Shown one piece after another: positions 59,144-64,000 of a stretch of 64,000 bases of DNA (position 1 is its first letter; the number at the start of each line of letters is the position of its first letter). The notes below the pieces were generated by a model, which was not told where the DNA came from, did no database searches, and saw nothing but the letters and a program-made list of their open reading frames with translations. The position numbers and the translations under genes were made by a program. The stretch lies in contig JBBSAM010000002.1 in NCBI GenBank assembly GCA_038252255.1, positions 87,964 to 151,963 of the forward strand. The letters run 5' to 3'. The stretch comes from Acidimicrobiia bacterium (GTDB lineage: Bacteria; Actinomycetota; Acidimicrobiia; IMCC26256; JAENVU01).

Positions 59144-59461
59144 CTACGCGTCGGGGAACTCCGACGCCACCACGGACCGCAGCGCGGCGACGAAGTCCGG
59201 GAGCAGCTCCGTAGCGGTCGTGTACAGGATCTCAAGGTCGATCGACCAGTAGCTGTGCACAATCCGGTTGCGGAGCCGGATCGGGTTCTGCCACGCGACA
59301 TTGGGGTGACGGAGTCGGATCTCTTCGGAGACCTGGCCCGCGGCCTCGCCGAGCACGGTGAAGTTCCACAGGAGAGCATCGCGGCGTGTCTCGTCCTGCT
59401 CGAGTTGGCCGACGGTCTGTCCGCCGACCAAGGAGATCGCCCGTTCGGCGACGTCGATCAT
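59144..59461 (-). CDS. hepT: HepT-like (DUF86) RNase toxin of a type VII TA pair
   Basis: Contains the RNRIVHSY (Rx4HxY) motif. The start is the ATG at 59461 or the TTG at 59470, just after the MntA stop. Confidence 0.8.
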   Translation of the reverse strand: MIDVAERAISLVGGQTVGQLEQDETRRDALLWNFTVLGEAAGQVSEEIRLRHPNVAWQNPIRLRNRIVHSYWSIDLEILYTTATELLPDFVAALRSVVASEFPDA

Positions 59462-59480
59462 CTCGGCCAAGAGGAGACGA

Positions 59481-59804
59481 TCACGCTGAATACAGGATGC
59501 GCGCGTCGTGGAGGATCTGCTCGCGCAGCAGTTCGTGCAGGTGCCGCTTCGACACCAGATCCACCGGCCGCCCGTACAGTGCGGAGAGCTCCTCCGCGAG
59601 CTCCTCGATCCTCCAGCCGAGATGGGCGTCGCGATTCGGTACGTAGAGCAGGTCGATGTCACTCCCGGGCTCGAGCTCACCGCGTGCCGCCGAACCGAAC
59701 ACCGCGAGCTCTGCGAGGCCGTAGCGACGGCAGATCTCCGCGAGACGATCAGCGTCGACCGACGAGCTCTCCACGATTCTCGGGGCTGGTGCATCGCTGG
59801 TCAC
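59481..59804 (-). CDS. mntA: MntA-like minimal nucleotidyltransferase antitoxin
   Basis: 107 aa, GTG start. Contains LAVFGSAARGELEPGSDIDLL (GSxxRG...DxD). Confidence 0.85.
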   Translation of the reverse strand: MTSDAPAPRIVESSSVDADRLAEICRRYGLAELAVFGSAARGELEPGSDIDLLYVPNRDAHLGWRIEELAEELSALYGRPVDLVSKRHLHELLREQILHDARILYSA

Positions 59805-59831
59805 GGCATCATTCTCGCAGGTGGGGTGTGC

Positions 59832-60521
59832 TCACGCTGCGACTGCGATCGTCTTGGTGACGATCGCCCGCCGAAGTCGGTCGGCGGCCTCCTCGCGGTC
59901 CTCGCCGCCGAGATCGCGGAGGTCCCACCACTGTTGCACCGGATCCGCGAGTGGGACCCCGTCGATCGTCGCGGGCCAGGGCGCGCAGGAGAAGAGAAGC
60001 GTGCGGTCGCTCGTCGTACGAAGCACGATGCTCGCGTCGGCGCAGCCCTCTGCGGCCACCATCCCCGCAGCTCCTGGGTCGAGGATGCCATCCGCGTACA
60101 CAACCGTCAGGCTCGGGTGTCTCCAGGGCACCACGAGATCGGGACCAAGGTCTGCCGAGACCGCGATGGTGAGACCTTGTCGCCGTGCCTCCTTCGCAAT
60201 GCGACGTGCCTGGTCGATGAGCTCGCGGGTGCTGTACCAGAACGTCTCCGGTCCGAGGAGATGAGGCCGAGCCTTCTTGGCGTACAGATCGAGCAGGCGC
60301 GCCGGCTTGCCGCGATATCCGTTGACCGACACGGTTACCGCGTTCGCCGCCGCGAGCTGCTTCAGGACCTGCGACGCCCGTGGCTGGGTCACCCCGATCG
60401 CGCCCGCGATCGCGACCTGGGTCAAGGGACCATCCGCAGCGATCAGGAGCCGCACGATCGCAGCGGTTCCTGATCCCCACTTGCGCGTGTGGGGTGGGGC
60501 CGAGGACGGGGCAGTCGCCAT
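59832..60521 (-). CDS. Winged-HTH protein with an uncharacterised C-terminal domain (AbiEi-like architecture, tentative)
   Basis: 229 aa. The N-terminus IVRLLIAADGPLTQVAIAGAIGVTQPRASQVLKQLAAANAV looks like a MarR/ArsR-type wHTH. The gene ends 27 nt upstream of mntA on the same strand. Confidence 0.55.
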   Translation of the reverse strand: MATAPSSAPPHTRKWGSGTAAIVRLLIAADGPLTQVAIAGAIGVTQPRASQVLKQLAAANAVTVSVNGYRGKPARLLDLYAKKARPHLLGPETFWYSTRELIDQARRIAKEARRQGLTIAVSADLGPDLVVPWRHPSLTVVYADGILDPGAAGMVAAEGCADASIVLRTTSDRTLLFSCAPWPATIDGVPLADPVQQWWDLRDLGGEDREEAADRLRRAIVTKTIAVAA

Positions 60522-60730
60522 GCACTCAGGGTATAATCCTTCCTTTCAGAATGCAAGGAACACTTATAGGAAGACTTATGTGTATCCCGGCAATGCCGAC
60601 GACCCTCACGCGTCACGAGAAGGCTTGCGCGGAGGTCTCTGGGCCGGGTCGGACTCCTACGACGGACATCGCGTTCTAGAAGCTTCTAACTGTTAACCTT
60701 TCTAAACTCGCGGAGTTGAGAAGGGATCCG

Positions 60731-61840
60731 ATGTCGAGTGAGATCGTCATGGTCGAGTGGGAAGGCCGTCCGGTCGACGCGTTCGTTCCAGCTCCCCTCT
60801 CCGATGTCGGTGAGCTCGGCGCGGCCGCTCGACTCGATGCGGCTCACGCCGACGGGGCCCTGAGCGCGACGGCGGCTCGGCACGGGACGCGCCTTGAAGT
60901 CGCCGCTCGATTGCTCTTGCGCGCCGAAGGGGTGGCCTCCAGCAGCATCGAGGCGATCAACGCTCCCACGGACGCGGTCGCTGTAGCCAACGTGGACCTG
61001 TCCGTCGCCGGGCCCGCGGCAGAGGTCGCGGACAACCTGCGCGCCCTTGACGCGGTCTTGTCTCATGAGGGCCCGCTCGGACGCGAAGACTTGTGGCAGT
61101 GGCACACCATCCTGATGGCGTCGGCAGACCTCGACGCCCATCTCAAGGGGGCCTGGCGCGACCGCCTCGGCTGGGTCGGTGGACCCACCCCACGTCGGGC
61201 CGCGTACGTCGCCACGCCCGACGACCGCATCGATGCGCTGATGGTCGACCTCGTCGACTACGCGAACAAGCCGTCGCACGATCCGGTGACGGCCGCCGGC
61301 CTCCTCCATGCCCAGTTCGAGACGATCCACCCGTTCGCTGACGGCAACGGGCGCATCGGCCGGTTGCTGATCGGCTGGACACTCCACCGCCACCTTGCGT
61401 TGGCGGTCCCGCCGCCGGTGTCGGTCGCGTTCCTCCGCGACGTTGGCGGCTACTTGTCGGGACTTACGCTCTACCGCACCGTCGGCCCGGACGATTGGAT
61501 CCGCTGGTTTGCCAACACCGTCGAACACGCAGCAATGTCCGCCGCCGAGACTCTCGCCGCCGTCAGCGAGCTTGTCGCCTCATGGCCGGCTCGACTCGAG
61601 AATCTCCGGTCCGACGCTGCTGCTCGTCGCCTGGTCGATCAGGTGCTGACACACCCGGCCCTCGATGTGGACACGGCGGTCAGCCTCCTCGGCGTGAGCC
61701 TTCCGACCGCCCGAGCAGCACTCGAAGCTCTTGCCGAGCGCGGGGTATTGCGACCGGCCGAGCTGCCGATGACAGGCGAACCGGGGCGACCTCGCAGCTG
61801 GTGGGTCGCCGGCGAGCTCCTCGACCTTCTCGCTCGCTGA
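60731..61840 (+). CDS. Fic/DOC-family protein (AMPylase-type) with a C-terminal wHTH-like region
   Basis: Fic motif HPFADGNGRIGR. The N-terminal Fic_N-like segment is EGVASSSIEAI. The ATG at 60731 follows gaaggga. An alternative TTG lies at 60716. Confidence 0.88.
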   Translation: MSSEIVMVEWEGRPVDAFVPAPLSDVGELGAAARLDAAHADGALSATAARHGTRLEVAARLLLRAEGVASSSIEAINAPTDAVAVANVDLSVAGPAAEVADNLRALDAVLSHEGPLGREDLWQWHTILMASADLDAHLKGAWRDRLGWVGGPTPRRAAYVATPDDRIDALMVDLVDYANKPSHDPVTAAGLLHAQFETIHPFADGNGRIGRLLIGWTLHRHLALAVPPPVSVAFLRDVGGYLSGLTLYRTVGPDDWIRWFANTVEHAAMSAAETLAAVSELVASWPARLENLRSDAAARRLVDQVLTHPALDVDTAVSLLGVSLPTARAALEALAERGVLRPAELPMTGEPGRPRSWWVAGELLDLLAR

Positions 61841-61856
61841 TGTTCGCCGCGGCGGT

Positions 61857-61873
61857 TTGGCAACCGATTGCCA
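61857..61873 (+). repeat. Orphan TTGGCAAC-cga-TTGCCAg site inside island 2
   Basis: ttggcaaccgattgcca has the same spacing as the arm doublets, but its second half is inverted or mutated. It lies between fic and the pRiA4b-ORF3 gene. Confidence 0.5.
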
Positions 61874-61938
61874 GGGGACTGGCTGCAGCGCCACGTCGTG
61901 AAGTGGCACCGGCACCCGGATCTGCCGGTCCGTAGGGT

Positions 61939-62502
61939 GTGTGGATGCCGACCCCGCCGAGTCAGGTCGTCTTCCAGCTCCGCGTGACGCTCCGAGACGT
62001 CGACCCGCCCCCGTGGCGGCGTCTGCTGGTTCCCGGGTCGGTGAAGTTGGCGAGATTGCACGAGTTCCTCCAGGCCGCGATGGGCTGGACGAACTCTCAT
62101 CTGCACTGCTTCGAGATCGGCGGCGCACGCTACGGGATGCAGTTCGACGAACACCCGGAAGATGAGCTCAACGAAAGGGACGTGTCAGTCCTCCGAGCGA
62201 TCGGTGAGCACGAATCGTTCCTGTACGAGTACGACTTCGGAGACTCGTGGGAACACGACGCGGTCGTCGAACGTGTCGTACGCGCGCACCGCGGGCTACA
62301 GCGGGCGGTGTGTCTCGATGGCGCGAGCACGTGCCCGCCCGAGGACTGTGGTGGATCGTACGGGTACCGACATCTGCTCGAGGCTCTCGCCGATGCGTCA
62401 CATCCGGATCACCTGGATCTGACCGACTGGGTCGGCGGTGTGTTCGACCCGTCGTCGTTCGACTTGGTCGCGGTGAACGTCGCGCTCCAAGCTGTGCGCT
62501 GA
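61939..62502 (+). CDS. Plasmid pRiA4b ORF-3-like family protein
   Basis: 187 aa with FQLRVTLRDVDPPPWRRLLVPGSVKLARLHEFLQAAMGWTNSHLHCF, YEYDFGDSWEH and CPPEDCGG. Confidence 0.8.
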   Translation: MWMPTPPSQVVFQLRVTLRDVDPPPWRRLLVPGSVKLARLHEFLQAAMGWTNSHLHCFEIGGARYGMQFDEHPEDELNERDVSVLRAIGEHESFLYEYDFGDSWEHDAVVERVVRAHRGLQRAVCLDGASTCPPEDCGGSYGYRHLLEALADASHPDHLDLTDWVGGVFDPSSFDLVAVNVALQAVR

Positions 62503-62562
62503 CAGTCTTACGGACCGAAGTCGTGATCGATGCTCACCATCTCGACGTTCCCATCCCCGGTG

Positions 62563-62665
62563 AGCTTCTTCGTGCGCCACGCCTTCATCACCGGCGGGCA
62601 GTACCGCCGGCTTCCGAGCGGTCGCAGACACCAGCCGCTGATACACAACCGGCGTCGACGGCAAG
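62563..62665 (+). pseudogene. Mosaic relic: 3' fragment of a Mod-like methyltransferase gene joined to a copy of the 3' end of ORF 58720-59052
   Basis: 62563-62603 matches 55583-55623 of the mod gene, with the first 20 nt identical (SFFVRHA.F.TGGQ). 62607-62665 matches 59018-59077 at about 52 of 60 positions. Confidence 0.6.
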
Positions 62666-62976
62666 GCCGCACTGCTCGTTGAGTCAGAACGTGGCCTGTT
62701 CGGTGAAGCGAAAAGCGTCCGAGATTCGTATGAGCCCGAGCGAGATCCTCATGGAGTGGCAACGCCAGCACGAGGTCCTCAGCGCCGAGATGGCTAAAGA
62801 GATTCCTTGCTCATTCGGAGTTGGAGCGTCTCTCCGGGCCGTGGATCGCGTCCATCGAACGCGACCTTCGGAGCTAGCAAGGGTGGCCTGACCAGGGCCG
62901 CTGCACACAAGACGTCTCGGCGTCACCAGCGCGCGCTCATGAGGCGGACATGTGACGCCGGGAAATCGCAACCCCG

Positions 62977-63369
62977 CTACGGGACGAGAGTTGTCACACC
63001 AATCGTTGGCGCGTTCGCCAGTTTGACGTCCACGGTGATCAACGTCGCGTGGAGATGCCTCGCCATGACAACGTACAACGCGTCACCGATCGTCACGTTG
63101 TGCCGGAGCGCCCAGGCCTCGGACGCGAGAGTCCGGACCGACGCGCGACGGGCCGGGAGCGTGAGCAGTCGGTCGACGGTGGCCATCGCTTGTACGGGCG
63201 TGATGACTCCGCGGAGTTCGAGGCTGCGAAGCGTTGCTTCGACCTCAAGGTAGAAGTGTTCCGGCACCCAGATCGTGTGCCCGTCGATCGCCCTTCCGAC
63301 GCGACGACCAACCGCGCTGTGGAGCAGCAGCTCGACACCTGCGGAGGCGTCGAGCACGACGGGCGTCAC
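62977..63369 (-). CDS. vapC: PIN-domain toxin VapC
   Basis: 130 aa, GTG start. Translation VTPVVLDASAGVELLL...DALYVVMARHLHATLITVDVKLA has the PIN acidic residues. Confidence 0.85.
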   Translation of the reverse strand: MTPVVLDASAGVELLLHSAVGRRVGRAIDGHTIWVPEHFYLEVEATLRSLELRGVITPVQAMATVDRLLTLPARRASVRTLASEAWALRHNVTIGDALYVVMARHLHATLITVDVKLANAPTIGVTTLVP

Positions 63370-63551
63370 CGTTCGCCGTGCTCCCGGAGCTCGCGAACCA
63401 GATCCGCGACCACGCCCACGCCGAGCTCAATGGGTTCGAGTTCGTCGAGACTTCCGAGCCAGACCTCGACCGCGACAGGCGAAGTATCGGTCCCGTCTTC
63501 GATCGGAACGATCACGGGGTCGATCTCGAAGTCCTCGGGGTGCCTGGCCAT
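63366..63551 (-). CDS. Small antitoxin-like protein upstream of vapC
   Basis: 61 aa and acidic. Its stop overlaps the vapC start (GTGA). The family was not recognised. Confidence 0.55.
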   Translation of the reverse strand: MARHPEDFEIDPVIVPIEDGTDTSPVAVEVWLGSLDELEPIELGVGVVADLVRELREHGER

Positions 63552-63627
63552 TCGGAAATGCTACCGCCGACCTACGGCCACGGCGCCCGGAATGCCGTCG
63601 AGCGTCGCGTCGAGGCACCGACGCGGA

Positions 63628-63648
63628 TTGGCAACCGATTGGCAACGG
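63628..63648 (+). repeat. TTGGCAAC doublet (arm-type site candidate) in the right arm of island 2
   Basis: ttggcaaccgattggcaacgg is identical to 57539-57559 and lies about 100 bp upstream of DR3. Confidence 0.7.
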
Positions 63649-63750
63649 AACCGGTCGCACGGGGTGGCAAGTACAGACTCAGCCGATTCGCGCAGCGACC
63701 TGACCTGCACAGTTGGACTCGGTCGAACCGCGCCGATGAACCCAATGACC

Positions 63751-63810
63751 TTCGCAACGTAGAAGTCGTGGGTTCAAGTCCCATCACCTCCACTCCGTAA
63801 GTCCTGGTCA
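63751..63810 (+). repeat. Direct repeat DR3 (distal attR): displaced tRNA-Ala 3' fragment plus downstream 18 nt
   Basis: 60 bp identical to 39553-39612. Confidence 0.92.
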
Positions 63811-64000
63811 CGAGCGTCGCGCGGTGCCGACGACGACTCCGCCCCGACGTTCAGTCCGTGAAGGGTCGCTAGATTCGGGCGAACCGCGTGTCGAGCGCGT
63901 GTGTCACGGACCGACGAAAGTGGACCGCCGGGTCGGTGCGACGAAGAGGAGCGTTTCAAGACCTGGTCGGCCGCGAGAGTCGACCTGTTCCGCAAGCATC

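Larger units (their letters stand above)
57705..63810. mobile_element. Island 2: integrase-less tandem island (satellite or remnant), about 6 kb, rich in toxin-antitoxin/Fic genes
   Basis: Bounded by DR2 and DR3. Its right arm (63628-63750) shares conserved blocks with the right arm of island 1. No recombinase ORF was found. Confidence 0.75.

Noticed and set aside
60578-60679. 33-aa ORF (MCIPAMPTTLTRHEKACAEV...) upstream of fic, considered as a class I Fic antitoxin.
   Set aside because: It lacks the (S/T)xxxE(G/N) inhibitory motif in the correct spacing, has no convincing RBS, and lies in a region better explained as promoter/operator DNA.
62731-62891. 53-aa ORF (MSPSEILMEWQRQHEVLSAEMAKE...) between the mosaic relic and vapC.
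   Set aside because: No recognisable family and no clear RBS. It sits in a segment full of gene fragments. It could be real but cannot be supported.
63811-64000. Short ORFs at the right edge of the window (e.g. 63774-63995 on the minus strand).
   Set aside because: They are truncated by the window edge and have no motif. This is probably the resumption of core chromosome, but it cannot be annotated.

Overview
High-GC (roughly 70%) actinobacterial-type chromosomal window with two parts. (1) Positions 1-39.5 kb are ordinary core genome. They carry a partial DtxR/IdeR-type repressor, groEL behind two tandem CIRCE operators, hemQ, a large PAS/GAF/GGDEF/EAL signalling protein, lipid and hydrolase genes, a WhiB regulator, tldD/pmbA, plsY, galU and a molybdopterin block (moeA, moaA, moaC). 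This part ends in tRNA-Ala(CGC). (2) Positions 39.5-63.8 kb are accessory DNA inserted into the 3' end of that tRNA. The 3' half of the tRNA occurs three times (39553, 57662, 63751), which delimits two tandem islands. Island 1 (about 18 kb) has a tyrosine integrase, a truncated SDR gene, an ABC importer, an excisionase - small ORF - MobF/TrwC relaxase operon, and a five-gene defence block. That block comprises a DUF262/HNH GmrSD-like nuclease, a type III-like Res helicase-nuclease, a long Mod methyltransferase, an Xre-ImmA fusion and a PIN-like protein. Island 2 (about 6 kb) has no integrase but keeps the same arm-type TTGGCAAC repeats. It is packed with toxin-type modules: a metallophosphoesterase, a wHTH-MntA-HepT cassette, Fic, a pRiA4b-ORF3 protein and VapBC. 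The best candidate for an undescribed system is the defence block at 48.2-57.5 kb, especially the Xre-ImmA/PIN pair that is translationally coupled at its end. The satellite-like island 2 is second. All calls rest on reading the sequence and the ORF translations by eye. No database search, covariance model or statistic was run. Many long ORFs in the six-frame track are antisense artefacts of the high GC content and were not annotated.
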